Assembly: GCA_024346625.1 (NCBI GenBank)
Contig: AP024666.1
Span: forward strand, 1,798,001 to 1,862,000
Origin: Williopsis jadinii
Lineage: Eukaryota
DNA: 64,000 nucleotides
Direction: 5' to 3'
Shown: positions 10,588 through 21,450 of the stretch, piece after piece
Position numbering within the stretch: the first letter of the stretch is position 1
Layout: each line of letters starts with the position of its first letter
Made by a program: the position numbers and the translations under genes
The notes under the pieces: generated by a model
The model's input: only the letters and a program-made list of their open reading frames with translations
Database searches by the model: none
Told to the model about the DNA's origin: nothing

Positions 10588-11100
10588 ATGATTCATCCTC
10601 TGTTCACAAAGTTCACAAGAGCTGACTCCTTTTACTTTGTCTATTGTCTAATCCATATCCCAATCACCATTCTGATTGACTCAGGGTTAGCCATTCCTAA
10701 GAGATTCCAGCCATACATACAACAGAGTATTATTGAGTTCCACATATCAAACAACAATGACTTTCTATTGAGGTCTCCACCTGCGTGGTTGGTGTTCTTT
10801 GGATGGATTGAAGTGACGTTACAGCTGCCATTATTCTTCATTGCTGCTTATGCTTTGTACAAGAGATCGCCATCTATTTACCCTTATCTCTTTCTATACG
10901 GAATTGAAGCATCAATGACCACACTGTGCTGCCTCCTGAACATTCTTACTGAGGGACAAGCGAATGGTCTCTCAACAGGAGAGATCTCAAACCTCTTTGG
11001 TGTTTATCTTCCAACTTTCCTGATTCCATTGTATATGGCTTATGACACTTTCCAAAGAGATTGGAGCCCTAATTCTCTGGATGCTAAGAAGCTCAAATGA
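10588..11100 (+). CDS. EMA19: EXPERA/TMEM97-family ER membrane protein
   Basis: HIPITILIDS, DFLL...PPAW and E..LQLPLF motifs; four hydrophobic segments; C-terminal KKxx (KKLK). Confidence 0.8.
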   Translation: MIHPLFTKFTRADSFYFVYCLIHIPITILIDSGLAIPKRFQPYIQQSIIEFHISNNNDFLLRSPPAWLVFFGWIEVTLQLPLFFIAAYALYKRSPSIYPYLFLYGIEASMTTLCCLLNILTEGQANGLSTGEISNLFGVYLPTFLIPLYMAYDTFQRDWSPNSLDAKKLK

Positions 11101-11276
11101 GCTGAATCCCCAAAAAACACGCTTACACATCTCCACGTCAGCTATATAACCACTGTATACAACCAATGAACAGATTAAGAGGTTAATTGAAGCTTAAGAG
11201 AGAGATATAACTGCGAAATGGTCACGTGCCAGTCATTGCTTACATAATCACCAAAGCCAAGTTTTTTCAAAAAAAA

Positions 11277-11348
11277 GGGCCGAGCAGGGAATTGAACCCT
11301 GGACCACTCACACCCAAAGCGAGTATCATACCACTAGACCACGCGGCC
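11277..11348 (-). tRNA. tRNA-Pro(UGG), intronless
   Basis: Reverse complement GGCCGCGTGGTCTAGTGGTATGATACTCGCTTTGGGTGTGAGTGGTCCAGGGTTCAATTCCCTGCTCGGCCC; A and B boxes; followed by an oligo-T Pol III terminator. Confidence 0.95.
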
Positions 11349-11593
11349 GATTGTTGAAAACTCTTGATACAGTGATCAACTAGTTCTGTAAGGCATAAAG
11401 TCTTTCTGGAAACAGATTATCTATGATGGACACTTTTAATGCTTTTAGGCGTGTTCTTCTGGTGTTATATCCTCAATTGGTTCAAACGCACCGTGTACGT
11501 GCCAATTGCGCCCACCCAACGCGTTGGAAAAACACGAAACCAAAACATAGACGCGTATTTACCCCAGACTACCGTGAATCACTGGGTACGACA

Positions 11594-12771
11594 ATGAACA
11601 GGAACATCACCACGAGGAAGGATAGCAGAGCTCATAGAAGGGTTTACCTCAGTGAGCAAGACAGGTACAGATGATACCTTTGCATCGCTTTTGCTGGGAT
11701 TCAGCGTCATCTATTATGGCTTTAGCGTTCCTCCGTCGCATACTAACACCTTCTACCAAGAAGAACACCCTTGGAACAGCTTGTCGAGGTGAGACAGCTG
11801 GTCGATAATGGCTTTCATAACTGTGAACGTGTGAGCTTGGTGTTCAGTGACAGGTATGAAGAGCAAGAGATACAATACATTCGTGGACAAACTACTAACT
11901 CGTCAAACTAGACGTTGTGTAACGTTCCCTGCAGATACGAAGGCTGAATCGAATAGGTTCACCCAGTGCATCCGTTTGATTTCATTATTGATTGAGAACC
12001 TGACGTTGAAGAACACAGTCACTAGAAGAGACTTGTACTACCAGGATGTGCAGCTCTTTAAGTCCCAATCTGTGGTGGATTCTCTGATAGAGCTCTTCAC
12101 ACAGTGCATGAACATAACAGGCGAGGAATTAGGTGCCATCGCTGCTCAAAAGGGGTTGATGGTTGGAGATGTGACTTTGCACTGCCCAAATGGTGTGCTG
12201 ACAGACTACCGTTGCTTTGGGAATGCCATGTTGATACCGAGGTTCGGCAATGGAACCGTCATTACCTTGATTAGCGAGGTTGACTACATCTTGATTGTGG
12301 AGAAAGAAGCAGTGCTAAGCCAATTGATCAAATCAAAGGAAAAAAGGCTGTTGATCTGTGGGAAGGGATACGCAGATGTGCTGACAAAGACCTTTGTCAA
12401 TCTGTTATCAAGGTGCTTACCGGACGTCCCAATATTGGGCATTGCTGACTTTGATCCATATGGATTCCTCATTCTTGAAAACTACAGGTCTGGGAAGGGT
12501 CATTTGGATCAATCGTGTCCTCATTTGCAATATACAAAGGCTTCGATATTACATTTCATCAAAGGCTCCTCGATTCTTAATTTGACCTTGAGAGACTTCA
12601 AAAAGTGTGTTAGACTTGTTGCACACCCTCGATCTTTCTAATCTTCGTGCAAGACAGGAAGTTCAGAGGCTCATGGTATTGGGTAAAAAGGCAGAATTGG
12701 ACGTCATCAAGGACCCAGACGGCGAGCTGGTGCACTACATCGATCGTATGTGTCGATTATCGCTAAAGTGA
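11594..12771 (+). CDS. SPO11: Meiotic DSB transesterase Spo11; 2 introns; +1 frameshift near 12605-12640 (possible pseudogene allele or sequence error)
   Basis: TRRDLYY, ILIVEKEAV, LICGKGYAD and ADFDPYG motifs. Introns 11665-11760 and 11854-11911, both with TACTAAC. The conserved C-terminal RQEVQRLMVLGKKAELD lies in the +1 frame, ending TGA 12769-12771. Confidence 0.88.
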
Positions 12772-12778
12772 AGGTATA

Positions 12779-14209
12779 TTAAACAACCAATCTGGAGTTT
12801 TTGGCGTTCTTCTTGCGCATTTGTCTCAATGAGTCTCTTTTTCTTCTCTTGAATTCGTTGGTCAACTCAGCTCTCTTATCCCAAAACGTTGATTCCCACT
12901 CTGTGAAATCGACGTTTGTATTGAGCTTGTTCAGCTGGGTCTGTGCCACCAAGAAAGGAGATTCGAAATGTGGGAAGAAAAGCCCCTTGCGTTGTTTGAC
13001 CTTTGCGATGATTGGTACGATAGGCTGTTGTGGTAAGTCAATATCAGCTTCCACAGGGTTCCTGGTCTTATCAATATCCTCGTCGGACTCTTCGATGAGG
13101 TTGAACGTCGTTGCTGATTGATCCTCGTTGAAAAGAGAACGTAAGGTCTCTGTATTTGAAACAGTTCCTTCTACAAGCGTTGGTTGGGGCTCCTTGGCTG
13201 TAACTTGTGACTCAACGCCAAACGTTGGTACGAATTCGATGTCTTCAACTTCGTCATCTGCATCTTCATCATAGTGTTCAGCTCTTGGTGCATCTTTGCT
13301 AAACTCACCTTCTTTGACGTATTCAATCTTGGAGAGATCCACAGGTTTCAGCCCGAATTCCTCTTGATCGCTTTCGAGGTCACTCTTGTTGTACTCATAA
13401 TCAGAACCACCGAACTCATCAACCTCTTCTTGATAATCCAACGGTTTCTCGAAATCGAAATTGCCCAAGATGGTGGCTAGAACCTTGTTGTTCTTCTCCA
13501 CTTCAATGGCCTCTTCCTCTTCATCTACAAACTCCTCCAATAGCTTATGATCGTCTCTCTGTTTTTCCAGTACAAGCTCGTTATCGCCTTGTTTGAGCCT
13601 TATCCTGGTGACCCTCTCCACTATATGTTCGTTACCATCTTTCCAAACATTGTTCTGGTATCTATAGACGAGGTCTCTCAGCTTCTTGTTCTTCTCATAA
13701 CCCCAGAGCTTCGTCTTGTGACACTTGACAACCTTTACCGTGCCGTTGAAATTCACTCTAAGGGTCATGTGCTTCAGCCCCTTTCTAGGTTTCTTTCTCA
13801 TTCGCCCAGGGATTATTTCTTGTCTGTCTTTATACGTCATGTTGATGTTTTCAATCTTCTTATAAAACTCGTACTCGTTCTTGAGCATCTTTGCCCTCTT
13901 TGGTCCATTGGACCTTGAAGCATCAACCTCCCATCTCTGCTCGTAGGCAGGCTTGGCTTCGTCGATCACAAGCTTACCACCTTTATACTTTATGCCGTTC
14001 AAGGCTCCTTTCAGCTTCGCAAAGGACTTATCACTAACTTCAATGTCCAAATACCCAAACCCATTCTGTCTCACGCTGTTGAAATGAAGCTCGAACTTGG
14101 ACTTCAGAGAGCCAAATTTAGCTATTCTAACTTCCAAATCCTCGGGAGTTTTGAACAGATCTGCAGATATGTTACCAATAAACAGTCTCTTAACCTTGAG
14201 TTCTTCCAT
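12779..14209 (-). CDS. NOP8: Nucleolar RRM protein for 60S biogenesis
   Basis: N-terminal RRM (KRLFIGNIS, FGYLDIE), KTKLWGY and LFFPHFESPFLVAQTQL; adjacent to CTR9 and PSF3 as in S. cerevisiae. Confidence 0.85.
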   Translation of the reverse strand: MEELKVKRLFIGNISADLFKTPEDLEVRIAKFGSLKSKFELHFNSVRQNGFGYLDIEVSDKSFAKLKGALNGIKYKGGKLVIDEAKPAYEQRWEVDASRSNGPKRAKMLKNEYEFYKKIENINMTYKDRQEIIPGRMRKKPRKGLKHMTLRVNFNGTVKVVKCHKTKLWGYEKNKKLRDLVYRYQNNVWKDGNEHIVERVTRIRLKQGDNELVLEKQRDDHKLLEEFVDEEEEAIEVEKNNKVLATILGNFDFEKPLDYQEEVDEFGGSDYEYNKSDLESDQEEFGLKPVDLSKIEYVKEGEFSKDAPRAEHYDEDADDEVEDIEFVPTFGVESQVTAKEPQPTLVEGTVSNTETLRSLFNEDQSATTFNLIEESDEDIDKTRNPVEADIDLPQQPIVPIIAKVKQRKGLFFPHFESPFLVAQTQLNKLNTNVDFTEWESTFWDKRAELTNEFKRRKRDSLRQMRKKNAKNSRLVV

Positions 14210-14275
14210 TTTGTCCAGTTCTCGATGGATTGGTTCGATAGTGAAAAGAGTGGAAGCTCTCTCGAGACATCCTCC

Positions 14276-14303
14276 AAAAATTTTAGCCCCGATGAGATGA
14301 GAT
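14276..14303. promoter_or_regulatory. RRPE and PAC motifs upstream of NOP8
   Basis: AAAAATTTT at 14276-14284; GATGAGATGAG at 14291-14301. Confidence 0.65.
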
Positions 14304-14409
14304 GGGGAGGTGATTTTGATGACAAATCACTTATGTAATCAAGATTATATAATGTATTACGTAATGGTCCCGAGCCTCGAATGTGGAAGGGGAAAAAACA
14401 TCAAAATGG

Positions 14410-14443
<34 letters not shown>

Positions 14444-14512
14444 TTGCAACAGCAAAAACACACCCTTCAAAGGCGGGCCCAACCAACGAGAAACAGACGG
14501 TGGTGTTCGAAA

Positions 14513-17500
14513 ATGAGCGAAGAAACAATTGACGGTGCTTTCTATTCAAGCGCTGCACAGGCTGTGTTTGCCGCCCCAAAAGTTGTGGATGTGCCGATGG
14601 ACTCCATCGATGAGGTTGTGTCCATTGATCTTGACACGGAGCTGTCTGATGATGCTACTGAGCTCATCACTTTCCTGCTGAATGAGAAGGCTATTCCGAA
14701 ATACTGGCTGATCGTTGCTTCTGCGTATGCCAACAAAGGGCTGATAAGTGAGGCTCGACAAGTTATCACTGCTGCGCTGGAGAGGTTTGCCAATGACCAC
14801 CAGGCTGCTATTTTCCACACGTTCATGGCTTGGCTTCATATCAGACTCGCTAGAGCTGCTACGAGCTCCGAAGATAAGAGCAGCGAGCTCTTGATGGCCA
14901 TGGAATCTACCAAGATGGCGTCCGGGTATGAGGTCACCATTCCTTTGAACATGTTGGCTAAAGCTGAAGTTCTCTACCTTCAAGGTAAGGACGTTGAGGC
15001 GTTGAAAGTTATTGACTCTCTATCGAGCCTGGCGAATTATCCTTATACTCAGGTGTACTCTTCACTTGTGAGGGCTAAAATCTCATTCAAGAGAAGAAGA
15101 TTCAATGACAGTTTAAAGCATTTCCAAGCGGTTTTGGTTGAACAACCTTTGATGAAACCAGATCCAAGAATTGGAATTGGTCTCAGCTTTTGGGCCTTGA
15201 AGGATAAGAAGCTTGCGATCCAATCCTGGGAAAGAGCCTTGCAGATTGATCCAGAGAATGAAGTTGCAAAGACGTTGTTGGTGTTGAGCAAATTTGACAC
15301 ATCTTTCAACTCTGTTAGTGATGAACAATTCTCCAAGAACTATTTGGGTGCATTGGAATCACTTGGTGAATTGTTGAAACAGGACTCAAAATCACCGGTG
15401 GCATTGTTGCTTCTTGCAAGTTATCACTACTCTAAGGGAGAGTACGCACAAGTAACAAAGATTGCTACAAATGTCATCTCTACAACTTTTAGCTCAACAG
15501 TGGCAGTGTCGGATGCACACTTTTGGCTGGGTCGAATTAGCTTTGATAAGGGAAACTTCACCGATGCTCAGAGACATTTCAAGGAATCTACCGAATTGAA
15601 TCCAAATAATGTCTTGTCACAGTTTGGTCACATTCAATCCATTTACAAAAGAGATGAACTTCAGGATGCCATCTTTGCTGCCGAGACTTTGACCAAGAGC
15701 CATCCAAAGGTTGCAGAGTTTCACTATGCACTGGGCATGCTCTATGCAACAAAGCTAGAGAACACATCCACTTTGAAAGATTTGAAGACAAATTCTGATG
15801 AAGAAGCAAATGCTATTTCAGCGCTGCAAGAATATATCAAACTATGTGTAAAACACGACGAACCAATTGCATCTGCGGCTTACTTGACACTTTCAAGATT
15901 CTCTGAAAATAAGAACAACTTGGAAGCCCTAAAATACTTAACGAAGGCTGTTGAAAGTTTCCAAAGATACGGTGAACAAGTTCCACCTGAACTCCTGAAT
16001 AACATGGGTGTATTTCATTTCATCCAGGGGAATCCTGAATCTTCGCAAACTCTTTTCAAGAGTGCTATTGAAAGCAATAAATCGAAAGAAATGGCCATTA
16101 CTCTGTCGTATAACTTAGCCAGATCGTCTGAAACTGGGGCTGAAGAGGAATCCATTGCAACATACGATAGAATTCTCAGTGATACACCTGGCTATACATA
16201 TGCAAAGATGAGACTCTTGTTTTTGGAACTAGTCAAAGGTGGTAAAGGGGATGAGCTTGATGCGAAGATCGACTCTCTATTAGCCTCCAACGAATCCAAT
16301 TTGGAAGTTCGTGCCTTTTATAGTTGGTACTTGAAAAAGACAGGCAGAGGCTATAACACTGGGTTGGAAAACAAACACAACAAGGAAACACTGACAAACT
16401 ACGACTCGCGTGACACGTATGCATTGATCTCATTGGCCAACATGTATAGAACAATCGCCAGGGAGATCAAGCCGAAGACTGAACAAGACCAACAGAAGAA
16501 GAAGACTTCGTACCACAGAGCTGCGCAACTTTTCCATAAAGCATTGTCCACCGATCCAAAGAATGCATTTGCCGCTCAGGGTATTGCCATTATCTTCGCT
16601 GAAGAAAAGAAACAATCGCAGGCTTTGGAAATCTTTAGAAGAGTCAGAGATGCTGTCGATAACTACTCTGTGCACATCAACTTGGGCCACTGTCTTTGTG
16701 AATTAGGACAATATTCTAAGGCTATCCAGGAGTACCAGATTGCATTGGCCAGATTCAGCGATGAGACTAAGGATTCTAGAACTTTGTCCCTTATTGGTAG
16801 GGCATGGTTCCTTAGAGGTGGTGCAGAAAAGTCCCTGGAGAGTTACATCAAAGCTTTGGAGCTTTCTAACAAGGCGTTAGAAGTTGCAGAGAATAACAAA
16901 GCTAAAAAACTGATACCAACTCTTAAGTTCAATGTTTCCTTCGTTAAGTTCAACATCGCACAATTTGTTCTGAAATTGGATGTTTCTAAAAGAGCTGTTG
17001 ATGACATAACAAAGGCCATAACAGGTCTTGAAGAGGCGATTGATGTTTTGAACGAGCTTGCTAATGATGCTAATCCACCAGTGCAACCTGAAATGTTGAA
17101 ACAGAGAGCTAGCATGGGTACAAACACTCTGAAGAAACAGCTCGAAAGATTGTTGAAAGAACAAGAAGAGTACGAATCCAAGTTCAAACACAAGATTGAA
17201 GAAGCGTTGCGTATTAGAGAAGTTGAAAAGGCTAAGGCTGCTCTTGAAGAAAAGAAGAGACTGGAAGAACAGGAAAAGAAGGAAGCTGAAATGAAGATTG
17301 AGTACGATAGATTACAACAACAAGCCAAACAATGGGAGGCTGATCGTGAGCAAAACCTCATCTATGAAGAAGAGGAGAAGAAGACTAAGAAGAAAAAGAA
17401 CGCTGTTTGGACTGATGAAGAGGCCAGTGGTGACGAAGATGGTGAAAAGGCCAAGAAGAAGAAGACTAAAGCCAAGAGAAGCAGAAGAAAAGCTGTTGTT

Positions 17501-17737
17501 GATGACGATGACGAGGAGGCTTCTGTTAAAACCCCAAAGAAGAGAAAACTCACAAAGGCCTCCTCGAAGATCAAATCTGCAGAGGTCATTGAGGACAGTG
17601 ATGAGGATATGGATGATTTCGACGAGTCTAAACTGGATGATGACAACGAAGAAGACGATGCCCTGGAGAAAGCTGAGGCAAATATTGACGGTGTGAGTGA
17701 TGATGATAAGGACGATGAAGATGAGGGTCTCTTCTAA
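14513..17737 (+). CDS. CTR9: Paf1 complex TPR subunit Ctr9
   Basis: Multiple TPRs, PDPRIGIGL, NAFAAQGIAI, charged C-terminal tail. Likely start ATG 14513; an in-frame ATG also lies at 14381. Confidence 0.93.
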   Translation: MSEETIDGAFYSSAAQAVFAAPKVVDVPMDSIDEVVSIDLDTELSDDATELITFLLNEKAIPKYWLIVASAYANKGLISEARQVITAALERFANDHQAAIFHTFMAWLHIRLARAATSSEDKSSELLMAMESTKMASGYEVTIPLNMLAKAEVLYLQGKDVEALKVIDSLSSLANYPYTQVYSSLVRAKISFKRRRFNDSLKHFQAVLVEQPLMKPDPRIGIGLSFWALKDKKLAIQSWERALQIDPENEVAKTLLVLSKFDTSFNSVSDEQFSKNYLGALESLGELLKQDSKSPVALLLLASYHYSKGEYAQVTKIATNVISTTFSSTVAVSDAHFWLGRISFDKGNFTDAQRHFKESTELNPNNVLSQFGHIQSIYKRDELQDAIFAAETLTKSHPKVAEFHYALGMLYATKLENTSTLKDLKTNSDEEANAISALQEYIKLCVKHDEPIASAAYLTLSRFSENKNNLEALKYLTKAVESFQRYGEQVPPELLNNMGVFHFIQGNPESSQTLFKSAIESNKSKEMAITLSYNLARSSETGAEEESIATYDRILSDTPGYTYAKMRLLFLELVKGGKGDELDAKIDSLLASNESNLEVRAFYSWYLKKTGRGYNTGLENKHNKETLTNYDSRDTYALISLANMYRTIAREIKPKTEQDQQKKKTSYHRAAQLFHKALSTDPKNAFAAQGIAIIFAEEKKQSQALEIFRRVRDAVDNYSVHINLGHCLCELGQYSKAIQEYQIALARFSDETKDSRTLSLIGRAWFLRGGAEKSLESYIKALELSNKALEVAENNKAKKLIPTLKFNVSFVKFNIAQFVLKLDVSKRAVDDITKAITGLEEAIDVLNELANDANPPVQPEMLKQRASMGTNTLKKQLERLLKEQEEYESKFKHKIEEALRIREVEKAKAALEEKKRLEEQEKKEAEMKIEYDRLQQQAKQWEADREQNLIYEEEEKKTKKKKNAVWTDEEASGDEDGEKAKKKKTKAKRSRRKAVVDDDDEEASVKTPKKRKLTKASSKIKSAEVIEDSDEDMDDFDESKLDDDNEEDDALEKAEANIDGVSDDDKDDEDEGLF

Positions 17738-17824
17738 AAAAAAAAACATAATATACTACACTGTATATCTAGATGTACGATTACTCAAGAGTGTGAGAGC
17801 TGATATCTTTGTAGTCTGTTTCTT

Positions 17825-18361
17825 TCATTTATTCTCATTATGCATCCATTTCCTAAGCTGTTTATAACTATCATGAGACGTCTTGTACAGCACCTTTTCA
17901 AACTCGTCCAACGAATACAGGAAGTTACTCTCCTGGTGTGCACCTCTAAGATTCTGTGCATAGTTGTTGATCTCGTGTGCTCTGTCTCGAAGCATCTGCT
18001 GTGCAACTTCTGACAGCTCCTTATCGTTGTAGAGCTTAGCCCACTTTTCAACTAATGAGTAGAAGTGTTGACATATTGAATGCGCATCCAGTGAGACCGC
18101 ATCTGTCTTAATAGCGTTGATCACCTTCTTGTTCAGTGCCTCTGGTTGTAATAGATCTACGAACCCAACCTCTGAAGTCTCTGAGACGGCCGATATGGCT
18201 AAGAACTCCGCTATCCACAATGGCAGCTCAACCTTAGAGCCTTCACTAATATCCGCTCCTGGAGTGCCTTCCAAGTACCCCAAGAGAGGAACTGTGATGT
18301 TGAACTTACACGGAACCCTTTGCGATTCACTCAGAAAGTCGTCAAGATCGTAGTACGACAT
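17825..18361 (-). CDS. PSF3: GINS subunit Psf3
   Basis: MSYYDLDDFL, LGYLEG, VELPLW and LDEFEK motifs. Confidence 0.93.
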   Translation of the reverse strand: MSYYDLDDFLSESQRVPCKFNITVPLLGYLEGTPGADISEGSKVELPLWIAEFLAISAVSETSEVGFVDLLQPEALNKKVINAIKTDAVSLDAHSICQHFYSLVEKWAKLYNDKELSEVAQQMLRDRAHEINNYAQNLRGAHQESNFLYSLDEFEKVLYKTSHDSYKQLRKWMHNENK

Positions 18362-18485
18362 CTTTTACCCTCTTTTGCTGCCCTTTGAGTCGAGTCCTTG
18401 TAGGAAAGAAAGGTAGTGAAATGGTGCTGGTGAAGATTACGGGAAGTAAACATTGGTGTCCGGGTGTTTTGTTGGTGATGATGCG

Positions 18486-18528
18486 ACGCGTCGGTTTTCT
18501 TTCGCGTAGATTTTCCTCTTTTACGCGT
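18486..18528. promoter_or_regulatory. MCB (ACGCGT) elements in the PSF3/CDC21 divergent promoter
   Basis: ACGCGT at 18486-18491 and 18523-18528, with TCGCGT between; both genes are S-phase genes. Confidence 0.75.
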
Positions 18529-18584
18529 CAGACACCATCTTTCACTGTTTGTATATCTGTTTCGTATACAACTGAAGGAGCAGA

Positions 18585-19490
18585 ATGACGCAAAACGAAG
18601 CTGTGAACCTTGAAGAGCAGGCCTATTTGGACCTGTGTGAACGTATCATCAAAGAAGGTGAGCACCGTCCGGATAGAACCGGTACTGGGACGTACTCCCT
18701 ATTCGCTCCACCACAGTTGAGGTTCTCCTTGAGAGACGATGCCTTCCCACTGTTGACCACGAAGAAGGTGTTTACAAAGGGAATCATCTTGGAGCTGCTG
18801 TGGTTCGTTGCGGGATGCACCGACGGTAAGAAGTTGAGCGAGCAAGGTGTTAAGATTTGGGAAGGTAATGGGTCACGTGAATACCTGGACTCCCTTGGGC
18901 TCACTGATAGAAGGGAAGGAGACCTAGGCCCGGTATATGGGTTCCAATGGAGACATTTCGGTGCAGAGTACAAAGATTGCGATACTGACTATACTGGCAA
19001 GGGATTTGACCAGCTGGCTGACGTTATTCATAAGCTGAAGACTAATCCATACGACAGAAGAATCATCATGAGTGCATGGAATCCACCAGACTTCCCTCAA
19101 ATGGCCTTACCACCATGCCATGTGTTTTCCCAGTTCTACGTTAACTTCCCTGAAGGTAAGAAGCCTGAACTGAGTTGCTTATTGTACCAAAGATCTTGTG
19201 ACATGGGTCTTGGTGTTCCGTTTAACATTGCGTCCTATGCCCTGTTAACCAAGATGATTGCAAAGGTCTGCGACATGAACTGTGGTGATTTGATCCATAC
19301 AATGGGTGACGCTCACGTTTACAAAGATCACGTTGATGCCCTGGAACAACAGATTCAAAGACAGCCATACACATTCCCAAAGTTGTTCATCAAACGTGAC
19401 GTTAAGGACATTGACGATTTCAAATATGAAGACTTCGAAATCGTTGACTATAACTGTCATGGTAGAATCGCTATGAAGATGAGTGTTTAA
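18585..19490 (+). CDS. CDC21: Thymidylate synthase
   Basis: [26 protein letters not shown] and [18 protein letters not shown] motifs. Confidence 0.98.
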   Translation: MTQNEAVNLEEQAYLDLCERIIKEGEHRPDRTGTGTYSLFAPPQLRFSLRDDAFPLLTTKKVFTKGIILELLWFVAGCTDGKKLSEQGVKIWEGNGSREYLDSLGLTDRREGDLGPVYGFQWRHFGAEYKDCDTDYTGKGFDQLADVIHKLKTNPYDRRIIMSAWNPPDFPQMALPPCHVFSQFYVNFPEGKKPELSCLLYQRSCDMGLGVPFNIASYALLTKMIAKVCDMNCGDLIHTMGDAHVYKDHVDALEQQIQRQPYTFPKLFIKRDVKDIDDFKYEDFEIVDYNCHGRIAMKMSV

Positions 19491-19543
19491 AGGAGAGATT
19501 TTTTAAAGAGCTACAATGTAATGAAACAGAATTTGTAGATACT

Positions 19544-21193
19544 TTACACTAACATACTATGACGTCTTGGATTCTTCTTCTTTGCAGACCCCAAGTCAGG
19601 TTTTTTGAAGGTCTTTGGAACTCCGACTGCAGATTCTTCAACTAAGTCAAATACGGACAATTCATCGTCACTCAGTTCAAACCTCTTGTGCTGTCTTGGC
19701 TTGTCATTGTCAACAACCTTTTGGATCTTATTTTGGGTAATACTACTTAAAGGTCTGCGTCTCTTTGTAATGTTTGAGTTATCCTGTTCAATCAGTGGTC
19801 TCGCTCTCTTTTCCTTTCCATTTTCATCGTGTTTGGAAGCATGTTCTTGAGCAGCAATCTCTTTTGTAAGTTTTGTCTCTTCTGGCCTTGAGATATCTTC
19901 TGGTTCAGCACTCAAAGACTTATGTGGTGGTTTGACAAATCCACCGTCAGCGACAGCATCGACGAACTTCTCGGATTGTCTTCTCATCTTGACTCTAAGA
20001 GAAGGTTCTGCGTAGCTAATTTGTTTACCTCTCGTTCTGGATTTTCTAGTAGATAACAGATCGTCATTGTCAACCACTGGTGTAGGCATTTTCTCATCAA
20101 CTGAGGTTCTTGACTTCCTTTTGGTCTTTGTATGTTTAATCTTCGTGGCGTCTTGTTCCAAAGGTTTATATTCATCGGTAATTTCTGAATTTGTTGATTC
20201 ATCACCATCAAGTAGAGTAGATGGAAGAATCTTTCCAAAGCTAGTTGGTCTTACAGATTCATCGGCTAATCTTTGGATTTTCTGCTGAATGTCATCCTCG
20301 CCTTCACCTTGATTCTTTGGGATATCCATAGGCTCAGGTGAATCCTCATATACTTCAAACATACTCTTCTTTGAGGTTTCCCTGACACTAGGTGAAGAGG
20401 TACTTGTCTTTATTGGAGAAAGAATTACGGAGCGTGCGAGTTCCCCATGGCCTTCATCAAGATCGCTTAAATTCTTGGATTCCACAGTATCCACAGGTTT
20501 ATTATGGAAAGGGTTCGGCTCCTCAAAATCAATAGGGATTGAAGCTGCCACCGCTGCTGTTGTTGTTGCTGTTGTTGTTGTTGTTGCTGTATTACTTGTC
20601 GTCAACAACGTTGTCATGGCTTCCTCTTCTTCAGTAACCCTTGGTGGTGACGGTGGTGGGATATATATGGACTCTCTTCTAGCGCTTTTGCGTCTTCTCT
20701 TCTCCCTGGAAAGTTTATTACCCTCTTCTGTTTGATCCTCACTAGCTTTAACATTCGAAACAAACGACACCGTCTTTTCAGAGGCTGACGACAACGTGAT
20801 GTCATTCACATTTATACCTGGCAGTGCAGCGATCATCTTCGATTCGGAGAGACCCTCATTGTTTCTGATAGTTGCAAACATCTGAAACATCTCCTCAAAC
20901 CTTTGGCTCACACCAGCTTCAATCACATTCAACTTGTCCTCTAAGCACCTTCTCTTTTGATCCTCGTTTTTGGCATTCAGTGCCCGAAGCTCAATGTTTT
21001 GTTGGATCAAATCAGAGATCTTCGTCTCTAAGTCAGCAATCTTCGTCATCAATACCGAATTCTTCTTCGCTAACGCCCTGTTCTGGCTCAGTATCTTCTG
21101 CTTCGAAGAATCAATGCTTTGTGGTCTCAGCTGAAATGTTGTAGCTCTGCGATTCGATGGACTTGTCAATCTTCCTGCTGCTGGAAATGCCAT
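19544..21193 (-). CDS. SGO1: Shugoshin
   Basis: N-terminal coiled coil QNRALAKKNS; SGO motif SRTRGKQISYAEPSLRVKMRR; adjacent to CDC21. Confidence 0.9.
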   Translation of the reverse strand: MAFPAAGRLTSPSNRRATTFQLRPQSIDSSKQKILSQNRALAKKNSVLMTKIADLETKISDLIQQNIELRALNAKNEDQKRRCLEDKLNVIEAGVSQRFEEMFQMFATIRNNEGLSESKMIAALPGINVNDITLSSASEKTVSFVSNVKASEDQTEEGNKLSREKRRRKSARRESIYIPPPSPPRVTEEEEAMTTLLTTSNTATTTTTATTTAAVAASIPIDFEEPNPFHNKPVDTVESKNLSDLDEGHGELARSVILSPIKTSTSSPSVRETSKKSMFEVYEDSPEPMDIPKNQGEGEDDIQQKIQRLADESVRPTSFGKILPSTLLDGDESTNSEITDEYKPLEQDATKIKHTKTKRKSRTSVDEKMPTPVVDNDDLLSTRKSRTRGKQISYAEPSLRVKMRRQSEKFVDAVADGGFVKPPHKSLSAEPEDISRPEETKLTKEIAAQEHASKHDENGKEKRARPLIEQDNSNITKRRRPLSSITQNKIQKVVDNDKPRQHKRFELSDDELSVFDLVEESAVGVPKTFKKPDLGSAKKKNPRRHSMLV

Positions 21194-21312
21194 CTCAGTA
21201 CCTCTTCCTGGCCTTTCTACGGTGTCAGATTCCCTTTTCTTTCAACACCGCCTGCAAATGAGCTTTCCCGCCGTTGGTTTGTTCCCTTTGCCTTCGAGTT
21301 TGTTGATGTTTT

Positions 21313-21450
21313 TGTTTACGTTTTTACTTTTGTTTTTGTTTTTTGTTTACTTTTTTGGGAATTCAAGTTACCGTCGCGGGGGAAACCTCCCAAAATAGAA
21401 ATACTTCCTAATTAGGAAGTGCAAGGTAACAACTGTTGCGCCAAAAATGG
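21313..21450. promoter_or_regulatory. Mcm1 and forkhead sites upstream of SGO1
   Basis: TGTTTAC at 21313 and 21344; perfect palindrome ACTTCCTAATTAGGAAGT 21403-21420; CCAAAAATGG 21441-21450. Confidence 0.7.
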
